Shown: one piece after another, positions 9,902 to 20,226 of the stretch | Layout of the letters: each line of letters opens with the position of its first letter | How positions within the stretch are numbered: the stretch's first letter is position 1 | NCBI RefSeq assembly: GCF_946221515.1 | Contig: NZ_CAMJVK010000001.1 | Location: 7,174-71,173 of the forward strand | Direction of reading: 5' to 3' | Source of the DNA: an uncultured Fenollaria sp. | GTDB lineage: Bacteria; Bacillota; Clostridia; Tissierellales; Peptoniphilaceae | Length of the DNA: 64,000 bases | Notes under the pieces: generated by a model | The model's database searches: none | What the model was told of the DNA's origin: nothing | The model's input: the letters and a program-made list of their open reading frames with translations, nothing else | Translations under genes and position numbers: made by a program

Positions 9902-10503
9902 TGTTTGGCAATATTAATTTACAAGATATTATTATAAGAACAATAGCTGTGCTTGTGGCAATAATACCTCATGAGATGGCACACGGATACGCAGCATACC
10001 TTTGTGGTGATGAAACAGCAAAAAACGATGGTAGATTATCATTAAACCCACTTCATCATCTTGATCCTATTGGTACTATTTGCTTGATATTTTTTAAATT
10101 TGGTTGGGCAAAACCAGTTATGATTAACCCAAATAACTTTAGAGACAGGAAAAAAGGTACTTTCTTCGTCTCTATTGCTGGGGTTTTGACTAACTTTATC
10201 TTGGCTATCATTGCAGTTATTATTATGAAGTATATAAGGCTAAGTGACTTTGTATTTGAGCTATTTATGAATATATTCTGGTTTAACATAATCTTAGGTG
10301 TATTTAACCTTATTCCTATTCCACCACTAGATGGATCAAAGCTGTTGTTTTCATTTCTACCACCAAAGTATGAGTATTATCTAATAAAGTACGAAAAATA
10401 TGGCTATATACTACTCTTATTATTAATAATGACTGATAATCTTGATAAAATACTTATACCAATGGTTAATTTTATGATTAATCTTATAGGAAAGATAGTC
10501 TGA
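9901..10503 (+). CDS. Site-2 protease family (M50) zinc metalloprotease, small membrane form
   Basis: HEMAHG (HExxH) in a transmembrane helix plus NLIPIPPLDG (NxxPxxxLDG) second motif. 200 aa. Confidence 0.75.
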   Translation: MFGNINLQDIIIRTIAVLVAIIPHEMAHGYAAYLCGDETAKNDGRLSLNPLHHLDPIGTICLIFFKFGWAKPVMINPNNFRDRKKGTFFVSIAGVLTNFILAIIAVIIMKYIRLSDFVFELFMNIFWFNIILGVFNLIPIPPLDGSKLLFSFLPPKYEYYLIKYEKYGYILLLLLIMTDNLDKILIPMVNFMINLIGKIV

Positions 10504-11216
10504 TGTATAACGTTGAAATAAGCAGCTACAAAGGTCCTTTTGATGTACTATTAGAACTCATAGATAAGGACAAGATGGATATATTCGATATACCCATCAA
10601 TGAAATAACAGAAAAATTTCTTGACTATATTAATACTTCTCAAGAGATAGATGTCGAAATGAGTAGTGACTTTTTAGTTATGGCATCGAGATTACTGGAG
10701 ATAAAATCAAAAATGCTTATACCAGTAGAAAAGGATAATATTGAGGAAGATCCACGTCTAGAACTTAGTAAAAATATTCTTGAATACAAGATATTTAAAG
10801 ATGTATCTTTGTACTTAAACACAATGTATGAAGAGTCGAATAACTTTGTTTTTAAGCCAATGGATGAGATTGATGAAAAAGATGAAGCACTTGACCTTAA
10901 CTTTGACTTAAACAATCTATCTAAAGTACTCGTATCGCTTCTAACAAATAAAAGAACAATTATCAAAGAAGAACCTAGCAGCATACGTAGAGAAAAATAT
11001 AGTGTCAAAAAGATGACAAATGACATTGTTAAAAAGTTTAAGAAAAATAAAAAAGTAAAACTAAGTGAGTTTATTCCTGAAATAGTGGACGTAGCTTATG
11101 TAATTACCTTGTTTATTAGCGTTTTAGAGCTTATACAAAACAAAGTTATTAGCTACGAACAAGAAGCAACATTCTCAGATATAGATTTTACATACTTGGG
11201 TGATAATCATGAATGA
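10503..11216 (+). CDS. scpA: Segregation and condensation protein A
   Basis: 237 aa kleisin-like ScpA sequence, adjacent to and overlapping scpB. Confidence 0.88.
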   Translation: MYNVEISSYKGPFDVLLELIDKDKMDIFDIPINEITEKFLDYINTSQEIDVEMSSDFLVMASRLLEIKSKMLIPVEKDNIEEDPRLELSKNILEYKIFKDVSLYLNTMYEESNNFVFKPMDEIDEKDEALDLNFDLNNLSKVLVSLLTNKRTIIKEEPSSIRREKYSVKKMTNDIVKKFKKNKKVKLSEFIPEIVDVAYVITLFISVLELIQNKVISYEQEATFSDIDFTYLGDNHE

Positions 11217-11757
11217 TATAAAAGAAATAATTAAAGCATTGCTATTTGCATGGGGAGATCCTCTCGATATCAAATCTATTAGCGATATATGCGAAGTAGA
11301 TATTGAAGAAATTGAAAGAGCTATAGAAGAACTAAGAAGTGAAATGGATTCATCAAAGGATGGTCTAAAGATCATCAGAATGAATAGCTCTTATCAGCTT
11401 ATTAGCAGAGATATATACTTTGATTACGTTAAAAAACTACTGAGTGAAAAGCCAAAAAATAATCTAAGCAATGCATCTATCGAAACGCTATCAATAATTG
11501 CTTATAAACAACCAGTTACTAAGATGCAAATAGAAAAAATAAGATCTGTAAAGTCAGATGGTCCTGTTAACACACTGCTTGACAGAGGCTTAATAGAAGA
11601 AGTAGGCAGACTTGATACACCAGGCAAACCAATACTTTATGGGACAAGCGATATCTTTTTAAGAAGCTTTGGCATAGAAGATTTATCTGAGCTTCCAGAT
11701 ATAAACATGGATATAAATATAGAAAGGCAAGACAATGGAAAAAGTGAGACTGAATAA
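11200..11757 (+). CDS. scpB: Segregation and condensation protein B
   Basis: 185 aa with two winged-helix repeats; typical ScpB partner directly after scpA. Confidence 0.88.
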   Translation: MIIMNDIKEIIKALLFAWGDPLDIKSISDICEVDIEEIERAIEELRSEMDSSKDGLKIIRMNSSYQLISRDIYFDYVKKLLSEKPKNNLSNASIETLSIIAYKQPVTKMQIEKIRSVKSDGPVNTLLDRGLIEEVGRLDTPGKPILYGTSDIFLRSFGIEDLSELPDINMDINIERQDNGKSETE

Positions 11758-12451
11758 GTTTGTAGCTGAAAATGCAGAAGTGTCTCGAAGAAGGGCAGAC
11801 GAACTTATTGAAAAAAAGAGAGTAAGAGTAAATAATAAAGTGGTTGAGAAGATGCCGTTCTTCGTCGATCCAGAAAGTGATGTAGTAAAGTTAAACGGTG
11901 AAGTAGTCTCCGTGGATAAAGATAAAAAAATATACATTGCACTAAACAAACCACTTGGCTATGTAACAACGCTAAAAGATAAATATGCTAAAAACATTAT
12001 ATCTGATTTATATGATTACAAGATAAAAAAGAGGATTTATCCAGTGGGTAGGCTAGACGCAAACACTACAGGATTGTTACTACTTACAAACGATGGTCAA
12101 TGGTCCAATGGCATCATGCATCCAAAAAACGAAATATATAAAGAATATATAGCTAAACTAGATAAGGCTCCCAATAAGAATGATCTTAACAAATTAAGAA
12201 ACGGCGTCTATCTAGACGGAGTTAAGACAGCTCCAAGCATAGTAAAAGTGCTAAATGTATATGATGACAGCTCCTTAGTATCTATATCAATATGCGAAGG
12301 AAGAAACCATCAAGTTAGAAATATGTTTAAAGTCTTAGGATATAAGGTCCTTATGCTTAAAAGAGTTAAGATAGGCACTCTAGAATTAGGCCAACTAAAG
12401 GTCGGAGAATTCAGAAGATTATCAAAGGAAGAAGTTGAATCTTTTAGATGA
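11735..12451 (+). CDS. rluB: rRNA pseudouridine synthase (RsuA/RluB family, S4 domain)
   Basis: N-terminal S4 domain and catalytic motif YPVGRLDANTTGLLLLTNDG. 238 aa. Confidence 0.85.
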   Translation: MEKVRLNKFVAENAEVSRRRADELIEKKRVRVNNKVVEKMPFFVDPESDVVKLNGEVVSVDKDKKIYIALNKPLGYVTTLKDKYAKNIISDLYDYKIKKRIYPVGRLDANTTGLLLLTNDGQWSNGIMHPKNEIYKEYIAKLDKAPNKNDLNKLRNGVYLDGVKTAPSIVKVLNVYDDSSLVSISICEGRNHQVRNMFKVLGYKVLMLKRVKIGTLELGQLKVGEFRRLSKEEVESFR

Positions 12452-13041
12452 AATATAAATTCTTAAATAACACTAATCATTTTATTGATTACTTATTAAA
12501 AACTTTTCTTAAAGAAAAGAAGATACTTGTTGACATGACTTGTGGCAATGGTTACGACAGCTTAAGAGTTTTGAAAAACGCGCCAAATTATGAAAAGCTA
12601 TATCTTTATGATATACAAACAAAAGCTATGGAAAATACAAGATCTCTATTAGAGTCTTACTCATATAAGAATTGTATCTATTTAAATAAAAGCCATGATG
12701 ATTTATCGGATATAAGAGAAAATATTGACTTTGCTATATATAACCTAGGTTATTTACCTGGAGCTGATAAAAATCTAGTAACGAGACTATATACTACTAT
12801 GAGTTCTATAAAGCAGCTATTAGTAAGACTTAACTATGGCGCAATCATTATGATAACTACATATCCTGGCCACGAAGAAGGTAGCTTAGAAGATGGTAAA
12901 ATTTATAATTATTTAAAAAGTTTAGATCAAAAAATATTTAATGTTATCAAATTAGAGTTTATTAACCAAAAGAATAAACCATGTAAAACATATATTTTAG
13001 AGAAGAGGAGTGAAGATGATGGAGAAAAATCTAATTTATAG
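12448..13041 (+). CDS. Class I SAM-dependent methyltransferase (putative rRNA methylase, YtqB-like)
   Basis: 197 aa with a DMTCGNGYD SAM-binding motif. The family assignment is tentative. Confidence 0.6.
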   Translation: MKYKFLNNTNHFIDYLLKTFLKEKKILVDMTCGNGYDSLRVLKNAPNYEKLYLYDIQTKAMENTRSLLESYSYKNCIYLNKSHDDLSDIRENIDFAIYNLGYLPGADKNLVTRLYTTMSSIKQLLVRLNYGAIIMITTYPGHEEGSLEDGKIYNYLKSLDQKIFNVIKLEFINQKNKPCKTYILEKRSEDDGEKSNL

Positions 13042-13885
13042 AATTGAACAAAACAAAAAGCAATTTAGTAAGGGTCAAAGGTTAATTGCTGACTATATTC
13101 TCAACAATTTTCACAAATCGACCTTTCAAACAGCTCAAAAACTTGCTATGGAACTTGGCTTAAGTGAGTCAACAGTAGTAAGATTCGCAACATTACTTGG
13201 TTACGATGGATACAAAGAATTGAAAGATGATATACACGAGCTAGCCAAAATAAGTCTTTCAAACATTGACAGAATTAAGCTTAGAGAGATAACAACTATG
13301 GATGAGCTAGTTGAATCGTGTTTAGCAACTGACGCTCATGACGTAAAGAGATTAAAAAATGATCTTGACAAAGAAAAGCTATATGAAGGTATAGATATTT
13401 TAAATAATAGTAGAAAAATTTTTGTACTAGGCTTAAGAACCTCTTCATTTTTAGCAAATTATTTTTGCTTTTATTTGAAATTAATGGGCAAAGATGCGAT
13501 TATCATTAATTCTGACGATGATATAGTATTTGAGAGCATGCTACACATGAATGAAGAAGATACATTCTTTTGTATAAGCTATCCAAGATATTCTAAAAAA
13601 TCGGTAAGTATATTGAAATACGCAAAATCAAAGGGAAGTAAGGTTATATCTCTTACAGACAACACAAACACTACCATTGCTAAGAACAGCGACCTAGTTT
13701 TGATTGCCAAAAACGATATAATTCTATTTATCGACTCCTTTGTTGCTCCACTATCTTTGATAAATATCATTATAGCTGGACTTAGCTTTAAAAATTTAGA
13801 TTCAACACAAGATTATCTAACAGAAATGGAAAGGATTTATAAGTCATACGACATATACGATTTTGATCCTTATGAAGATAAATAA
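13010..13885 (+). CDS. MurR/RpiR-family transcriptional regulator (HTH plus SIS domain)
   Basis: N-terminal HTH (QKLAMELGLSESTVVRF) and a C-terminal SIS sugar-phosphate-binding domain. 291 aa. Confidence 0.85.
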   Translation: MKMMEKNLIYRIEQNKKQFSKGQRLIADYILNNFHKSTFQTAQKLAMELGLSESTVVRFATLLGYDGYKELKDDIHELAKISLSNIDRIKLREITTMDELVESCLATDAHDVKRLKNDLDKEKLYEGIDILNNSRKIFVLGLRTSSFLANYFCFYLKLMGKDAIIINSDDDIVFESMLHMNEEDTFFCISYPRYSKKSVSILKYAKSKGSKVISLTDNTNTTIAKNSDLVLIAKNDIILFIDSFVAPLSLINIIIAGLSFKNLDSTQDYLTEMERIYKSYDIYDFDPYEDK

Positions 13886-15117
13886 TGAATAAAGTATATG
13901 ATGTAGCTATAGTTGGCGCAGGAGCTGCAGGTCTTTTTACTGCTGTTCACTGTGCTAAACGCGGCAAAAGCGTAATATTATATGATAAAAATAAATACCC
14001 TGGAAGAAAGCTAAGAATAACTGGCAAGGGCAGATGCAATATTTGTAATTACTCTGACAATGACAATATACTTAAAAATATTGTACACAACGAAAAATTT
14101 ATGTATAGCTCATTAAATAATTATTCGGCTAATGATCTTATTAAATTTTTTAATGATAATGGCGTAAAAACTAAAGTTGAAAGAGGCAATAGAGTATTCC
14201 CTCAGTCAGATGACGCCATGGAAATAATTGAATTGTTTAAGAAGCTTATAAAGGACTTGAATATAGAATTTAAAAATGAAAGCACAGTTAAAGATTTAGA
14301 AAAAAATGAAGATTTATTTAAAATAGTCTCTAATTCTGGAGTAGATTATGCAAAAAACCTTGTAATTGCATGTGGAGGAATGAGCTATAAAGTAACTGGT
14401 TCTAATGGCGATGGCTATAAACTAGCGCAAAAGTTTGGACATAGCATAAAGCCAATAAAAGCCTCACTTGTTGCAATGAATACAAGTTTAAGTAAAGAGG
14501 ATAGACTTGAGCTTATGGGACTATCACTTAGAAATGTAGAAGTAATATTCATAAATCAAAAGAAAAAGACTATATTTACTGAATTTGGAGAGATGCTCTT
14601 TACTCACTTTGGTATATCTGGCCCAATAATACTGAGCGCTTCGTCATATATGAAAGATGATGAAGATTATACTATCTATTTAGATTTAAAACCTGCACTA
14701 AGTGAAGAACAGCTCGATAATAAGCTTCTAATGCTATTTGAAGAAGAACATCTTAAATCCATTGGCAAGGTACTAGAGAATCTTCTTCCAAAAAAGTTAA
14801 TAAATATATTTCTAAAAGCTATTGACTTAGACTATTATAAAAAGGCATGCGATATTACAAAACTTGAAAGAACTGCTATTATCAATAATCTTAAACACTT
14901 CAATCTTAAGTATGACTCTTTAAGAGATATAGATGAAGCGATAATCACTGCAGGCGGAGTTAATGTAAAAGAAATTGATCCTAAGACTATGGAGTCAAAA
15001 TTAGTAAATAAGCTATATATAGTTGGTGAAGTTTTAGATATAGACGCCTTAACTGGTGGATATAACTTACAAATAGCATTTTCAACAGCTTATCAAGCAG
15101 CAATGAGCATTGAGTAG
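13885..15117 (+). CDS. NAD(P)/FAD-dependent oxidoreductase, HI0933/BaiN-like flavoprotein
   Basis: GAGAAG dinucleotide-binding motif at the N-terminus. 410 aa. This family is commonly paired with an RpiR regulator. Confidence 0.85.
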   Translation: MNKVYDVAIVGAGAAGLFTAVHCAKRGKSVILYDKNKYPGRKLRITGKGRCNICNYSDNDNILKNIVHNEKFMYSSLNNYSANDLIKFFNDNGVKTKVERGNRVFPQSDDAMEIIELFKKLIKDLNIEFKNESTVKDLEKNEDLFKIVSNSGVDYAKNLVIACGGMSYKVTGSNGDGYKLAQKFGHSIKPIKASLVAMNTSLSKEDRLELMGLSLRNVEVIFINQKKKTIFTEFGEMLFTHFGISGPIILSASSYMKDDEDYTIYLDLKPALSEEQLDNKLLMLFEEEHLKSIGKVLENLLPKKLINIFLKAIDLDYYKKACDITKLERTAIINNLKHFNLKYDSLRDIDEAIITAGGVNVKEIDPKTMESKLVNKLYIVGEVLDIDALTGGYNLQIAFSTAYQAAMSIE

Positions 15118-15125
15118 GTGATGTT

Positions 15126-16124
15126 GTGGTAGTAATTAGAGGAGCAGTAGATGCTCAAAATACGGCAAGTTCAATAATTAATCAAAGCAAAATTTTATTA
15201 GAAGAGATAATAAACGTAAATAATTTAGATAAAAAAGAGATTAAATGCGTTTTATTTACTGTAACTCAAGACTTAGACAAGGCATATCCAGCTCTTGCAG
15301 CTAGATATATTGGCCTAAATGATACAGCTTTGATATGTATAAACGAAATGCTTGTAGAAGGACAGATGCTAGGTGTTATTAGACTAAGCGTATTTTATAA
15401 TGATGACATTGAAAAAAAAGATGTATATATAGGTAAAACGCAAAGCTTAAGAAAGGATAAATATATGAGTAATAATATAAAAGTGGCTATAGATGGACCA
15501 ACAAGTGCTGGCAAAAGCACTATAGCTAAGCTATTAGCAGAAAAACTTAAGATTAATTATGTAGATACTGGTTCAATGTATAGAGCACTAACACTAAAGG
15601 TTTTAAACAATAATATTGATCCTAAATCTGAAGAAGATGTTGTGGCCTTAGCTGAAAAAACTAAGATAGATTATTTTGAAAACCATATCTTCCTAGATGG
15701 GCTTTGTGTTGATGACAAGATAAGAAACGAGCGTATCGATAAAAACGTTTCCTACGTTTGTCAGTATAGAGATGTAAGAAAAAGACTAGTAAGTTTGCAA
15801 CGAGAGATAGCTTCTAAATCATCTGTGATTATGGATGGACGTGATATAGGCACAGTTGTTTTAAAGGATGCCGACTACAAGTTCTTTTTAACAGCTTCGG
15901 CAGACGTAAGAGCCAAAAGAAGATACAAAGAATACTTGGAAAAAGGTTTAGACGTTAATTTTGATGACATCAAAAAGGACCTTATCCTTAGAGATGACTA
16001 CGACTCACATAGGGAAGTAGATCCACTTGTAAAAGCAAGTGACGCTATAGAAGTAAATACAGATGATAAAAACATCGAAGAAACAGTTGAGCTTATGCTT
16101 TCTTATATAAATGGAGATAAATAA
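15126..16124 (+). CDS. cmk: In-frame fusion of AroH-type chorismate mutase (N-terminal, about 110 aa) and cytidylate kinase (C-terminal, about 220 aa)
   Basis: N-terminus VVIRGAVDAQNT...VLFTVTQDLDKAYPA aligns to the B. subtilis AroH class. After ...QSLRKDKY the frame continues without a stop into MSNNIKVAIDGPTSAGKSTIAKL, a canonical Cmk start and P-loop. GTG start at 15126. An internal ATG at 15466 with an upstream AAAGGA could also give free Cmk. Confidence 0.8.
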   Translation: MVVIRGAVDAQNTASSIINQSKILLEEIINVNNLDKKEIKCVLFTVTQDLDKAYPALAARYIGLNDTALICINEMLVEGQMLGVIRLSVFYNDDIEKKDVYIGKTQSLRKDKYMSNNIKVAIDGPTSAGKSTIAKLLAEKLKINYVDTGSMYRALTLKVLNNNIDPKSEEDVVALAEKTKIDYFENHIFLDGLCVDDKIRNERIDKNVSYVCQYRDVRKRLVSLQREIASKSSVIMDGRDIGTVVLKDADYKFFLTASADVRAKRRYKEYLEKGLDVNFDDIKKDLILRDDYDSHREVDPLVKASDAIEVNTDDKNIEETVELMLSYINGDK

Positions 16125-16672
16125 TGTATAGAGTCATTAGATTTGTTGGAATAATAATTTGCAGAATATTATTCAGATTTGAAATAAAAGGCAAGGAAAA
16201 TTTAAAACAAGATATAAATTTTATAGTCGCAGGCAATCATAGATCAAACTGGGACCCCATATTTGTAGCGATGAATTTAGGTACAAACGTAGCTTTCTTC
16301 GCAAAAAAAGAACTTTACGAAAACCCATTTACAAGGTTTATACTTAATAAATCGAACGCTATAAAAGTAGATAGGGAAAAAGCAGATATCAAAGCCATAA
16401 AAGATGTTATGAGAACACTTAAGAATGGCAATAATTTAATTTTCTTTCCAGAAGGCACTAGAAATGTAGATGGAACAGCAAAGGCAAAAGATGGCATACA
16501 CTTGATTGCAAAAAGAACTGGCACAAACATAGTACCTTGCCATATTGAATCGAGCTACAAAATTTTTTCTAAAGTTAAAATGACTTTTGGCGAAATAATT
16601 GATGTAGACGAATTTGAGAAGCTAGAAGGAGATTTCTCCGAAAACTTAATGGATAGGATAGCGTCATTATAA
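16124..16672 (+). CDS. plsC: 1-acyl-sn-glycerol-3-phosphate acyltransferase
   Basis: HxxxxD motif (NHRSNWDP) and FPEGTR motif. 182 aa. Confidence 0.85.
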   Translation: MYRVIRFVGIIICRILFRFEIKGKENLKQDINFIVAGNHRSNWDPIFVAMNLGTNVAFFAKKELYENPFTRFILNKSNAIKVDREKADIKAIKDVMRTLKNGNNLIFFPEGTRNVDGTAKAKDGIHLIAKRTGTNIVPCHIESSYKIFSKVKMTFGEIIDVDEFEKLEGDFSENLMDRIASL

Positions 16673-18789
16673 TGAAGATATATTTAGCAAAGTACTACGG
16701 CTTTTGTTCAGGTGTTAGATTGGCCGTAAAAAAAGCAAATGAGTTTTTAGAAGAAAACAAAGAAGCGGAAATAGTTGGTGACTTAATTCACAATCAAACA
16801 GTTATCGATGATTTTACTAGACGTGGGCTAAAAAAAATTGATGATTATAAAAAAATATTTTCAAATAATATAATCATACGCGCGCATGGTGAAACCATTG
16901 AAAACACTAAGCTCCTAGAGGATAATCATAAAAATATTTGCGATACAACTTGTATAAAAGTAAAAAATATTCACGAATTAGTGGAAAAATATTCAAATAT
17001 AGGTTATAATGTTATTATAGCGGGTGATAAAGAACATCCAGAAGTAAAAGCTATAGTTTCTCATTCTAAAACAGAAGCAATCGTCATTAAGGATTTAGAT
17101 GAAGCTAAAAAAATTATTGGCTTAAATCATGTTGCATTCTTTGCACAATCAACATTCATTCATGATAAATTTGATAAGATGTCAAAGTGCTTAGAAGAAC
17201 ATAATGAGGATGTGCTTGTATTTAACACTATATGCAATGCTACTGAAAACAGACAGAAGGCTGTTAGGGAGCTTGCAAATAAAGTAGATATGGTTTTAGT
17301 CTTTGGATCAAATTTCAGTTCAAATACTAAAAAATTGTATGAGATTTCGAAAACTATTAATCCTAAAACATATTTACTTGAAAATATTCATGAGCTGGAC
17401 ATGAGTTTAATAAAACCAGATTATAATATTGGTATTACAGCAGGTGCTTCGGTGCCTGATGATATAATTAAGGAGGCAATTAAAGTAATGGAAAATTTAA
17501 ACCACGATGAAACAATGAAAAAGGAGGATGCTAAAGAAACAAAAAAAGATGAAATGATTAAAGCTATTGATGATTCTTTCAAGAGAATATCAAGAGGCGA
17601 AATCATTGAAGGTGAAGTTCTTTATGTAACTGACAACGATGTTAGTGTTAACATCAACTTTAGAAGCGACGGTATAATCAAAAAAGAAGACCTAGCTGAA
17701 GAAGATGTTAATCCAAAGGATCTATATAAACAAGGCGATAAGATCAAAGTTTATGTAGTTAAGATTGACGATGGAGAAGGTAACGTAGTTCTATCAACTA
17801 AGAAGTTGAAAGAAATGGAAGTTTGGGAAAAGATTGAAGAAGTTAAGGAAAATGACGAAGTAGTTTCTGTAAAAGTTAAATCTGTCACTAAAGGTGGCTT
17901 GATTGTTAACTATAGCGGAATCCAAGGATTTATACCAGCTTCATTAGTATCAGTTAGATATAAAGAAAACCTTGAAGAATTTGTTGGACAAAATCTAGAC
18001 GTTGTAATTATCGATGTTGATATAAATAAAAGAAGATTAGTATTCTCTAGAAAAGCTGTTGAAAAGAAAGAGCTTGATAAGAAGAGAGAAGAAGCTTGGG
18101 AAAACATCAAAGAAGGAGAAATAGTCAAAGGTATAGTAGCTAGAATCGTTGATTATGGTGCTTTCATTGACCTAGGCGGAATCGATGGCTTAGTTCACAT
18201 CACAGACCTTACATGGGGCAGAATTAGAAATCCTAAGGAAGTTTTAAAACAAGGTGAAGAAATTGAAGTTAAAGTTTTATCAGTAGATAAAGAAAGAAAT
18301 AGAATTTCACTTGGATTAAAACAAACAGTGCCTGAACCATGGACATTATTTACAGAAAAATACCACGAAGGCGATGTTGTTGAAGTAGAAGTTGTTAATA
18401 TTGAATCATACGGTGCTTTCGTTAGAATTATGGAAGGCGTAGATGCTTTACTACACGTTTCACAAATTTCTCATAAGAGAGTTAATGATCCAAAGGACGT
18501 ATTAAAAGTTGGCGATCGCTTCGAAGTTATGATTACTGAAATTCATGAAGACAAGAAGGTTAGCGTATCTAAGAGAAGACTTGAAGAACCAGTAGAAGAA
18601 GAACAAGAATACGAAGAAGAAGCTCCAGCAGCTGAAGAAGTTCATGAAGAAGAAAAACCTGAAGTTGAAGAAAAAGAAGTAAAGGAAGCTGAAGTAAAAG
18701 AATTACCTGTACAAAATGATGACTTATCAGAAGATATGGGTGCGTTATTTAAAAATGCAATAGAAAATTCTGAATCAGAAGAACAATAA
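16672..18789 (+). CDS. ispH: Bifunctional 4-hydroxy-3-methylbut-2-enyl diphosphate reductase (IspH/LytB) / 30S ribosomal protein S1
   Basis: N-terminal 280 aa is IspH-like with conserved Cys residues. The C-terminal part has four S1 domains and an acidic tail. This is a fusion arrangement known in Clostridia. Confidence 0.9.
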   Translation: MKIYLAKYYGFCSGVRLAVKKANEFLEENKEAEIVGDLIHNQTVIDDFTRRGLKKIDDYKKIFSNNIIIRAHGETIENTKLLEDNHKNICDTTCIKVKNIHELVEKYSNIGYNVIIAGDKEHPEVKAIVSHSKTEAIVIKDLDEAKKIIGLNHVAFFAQSTFIHDKFDKMSKCLEEHNEDVLVFNTICNATENRQKAVRELANKVDMVLVFGSNFSSNTKKLYEISKTINPKTYLLENIHELDMSLIKPDYNIGITAGASVPDDIIKEAIKVMENLNHDETMKKEDAKETKKDEMIKAIDDSFKRISRGEIIEGEVLYVTDNDVSVNINFRSDGIIKKEDLAEEDVNPKDLYKQGDKIKVYVVKIDDGEGNVVLSTKKLKEMEVWEKIEEVKENDEVVSVKVKSVTKGGLIVNYSGIQGFIPASLVSVRYKENLEEFVGQNLDVVIIDVDINKRRLVFSRKAVEKKELDKKREEAWENIKEGEIVKGIVARIVDYGAFIDLGGIDGLVHITDLTWGRIRNPKEVLKQGEEIEVKVLSVDKERNRISLGLKQTVPEPWTLFTEKYHEGDVVEVEVVNIESYGAFVRIMEGVDALLHVSQISHKRVNDPKDVLKVGDRFEVMITEIHEDKKVSVSKRRLEEPVEEEQEYEEEAPAAEEVHEEEKPEVEEKEVKEAEVKELPVQNDDLSEDMGALFKNAIENSESEEQ

Positions 18790-18801
18790 TAATTGATTTT
18801 T

Positions 18802-18825
18802 AAAGGCACGCCTAGGCGTGCCTTT
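18802..18825 (+). terminator. Hairpin after ispH-rpsA (putative terminator, weak U-tract)
   Basis: Perfect palindrome AAAGGCACGC-CTAG-GCGTGCCTTT. Confidence 0.5.
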
Positions 18826-18849
18826 AATTAGTTAGGAGTAAGACATATA

Positions 18850-20226
18850 TTGAATAGTATAAAAAAATATATCGATGATTATCAAAGTAAATATAAAAAA
18901 TCACCAAGCTTTATGATTAAAACCTATGGCTGTCAGATGAACGAGCGTGACAGCGAGTCTATAAGCTGGATACTATCTAATCTTGGCTTTGTAGAGACAG
19001 ATGATATGATTGAATCTGACATAGTTATATTCAATACATGCGCTGTAAGGCAAAATGCAGAGAATAAACTATTAGGCAACTTAGGCGACTTAAAACACCT
19101 AATGGAAGCAAATAATTTAAAAAAGATCATTATGGTTTGCGGCTGTGTTATGGAGATTGATTCTTCAAGAGAATTTCTAGAGGAAAAATTCAAACACGTA
19201 GATATCATATTTGGAACTAATTCCATTGCCATTTTAGAAGATTTGCTTGAAGAACATCTATCTACAAAAAAACAGGTTATCAATATTGATAAAATCAATC
19301 TAAAGACAAGAGAAAAGATTGGTCAAAACAGAAGATATAATTTCAAATCTTATGTCAATATTATGTATGGCTGCGATAATTTTTGTACATATTGCATTGT
19401 ACCATACACTAGAGGCAGGGAAGTATCAAGAGAGGCAAAGGATATAATAGCAGAGATTAAGCATCTTGTTGATGGCGGCGTAAAAGAAGTGACGCTACTT
19501 GGTCAAAATGTTAACTCATATGGAAAAACATTAGAGCCTCAAATTTCATTTACTGAGCTTATCTATAAGATTGCTGATATCGATGGACTTGAGAGAATTA
19601 GGTTTATGACATCTCATCCTAAGGATATATCCAAAGAGCTTATATATGCTTTTGATGAGATAGATAAACTTATGCCGTTCTTGCACATACCAGTGCAATC
19701 AGGTTCAAATAGAATACTTAAGCTTATGAATAGAAAATACACTAGAGAAGATTATCTAGAAAAGATAGAGCTTATTAAATCCTTAAAACGTGATATTGCC
19801 TTATCTACAGACCTCATAGTAGGCTTTCCAGACGAAAGTGATAGGGATTTTGAAGATACGATTGATCTAGTTAAAACAGTTGGATATGATCAAGCGTTTA
19901 CCTTTATATATTCAATAAGACCAGGTACTCTTGCTGCTAAGATGCAAAATCAAATTCCTGATGATATTAAAAACGCTAGATTACAAAAACTTATTGATGT
20001 ACAAAACGATATTAGCTTAGAAAAGAACAAGAAATACCTAGGTAAAACACTAAATGTATTAGTAGAAGGAAAATCTTCAAAAGATGAAAATTTCTACTCA
20101 GGTAGATCCGAAGAGTTTAAATTAGTAAACTTTAAAGCAAATGAAGAAGACATTGGCAATATTGTTAAAGTAAAAATAAATGATGTTAAATCATTTTCTA
20201 TGAATGGTGAGAAAGTTGAAGATTGA
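18850..20226 (+). CDS. miaB: tRNA (N6-isopentenyladenosine-37) methylthiotransferase MiaB
   Basis: N-terminal MTTase domain (TYGCQMN), radical-SAM CxxxCxxC (CDNFCTYC), and a C-terminal TRAM domain. TTG start at 18850 after an AGGAG RBS; the ATG at 18910 is an alternative start. Confidence 0.9.
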   Translation: MNSIKKYIDDYQSKYKKSPSFMIKTYGCQMNERDSESISWILSNLGFVETDDMIESDIVIFNTCAVRQNAENKLLGNLGDLKHLMEANNLKKIIMVCGCVMEIDSSREFLEEKFKHVDIIFGTNSIAILEDLLEEHLSTKKQVINIDKINLKTREKIGQNRRYNFKSYVNIMYGCDNFCTYCIVPYTRGREVSREAKDIIAEIKHLVDGGVKEVTLLGQNVNSYGKTLEPQISFTELIYKIADIDGLERIRFMTSHPKDISKELIYAFDEIDKLMPFLHIPVQSGSNRILKLMNRKYTREDYLEKIELIKSLKRDIALSTDLIVGFPDESDRDFEDTIDLVKTVGYDQAFTFIYSIRPGTLAAKMQNQIPDDIKNARLQKLIDVQNDISLEKNKKYLGKTLNVLVEGKSSKDENFYSGRSEEFKLVNFKANEEDIGNIVKVKINDVKSFSMNGEKVED

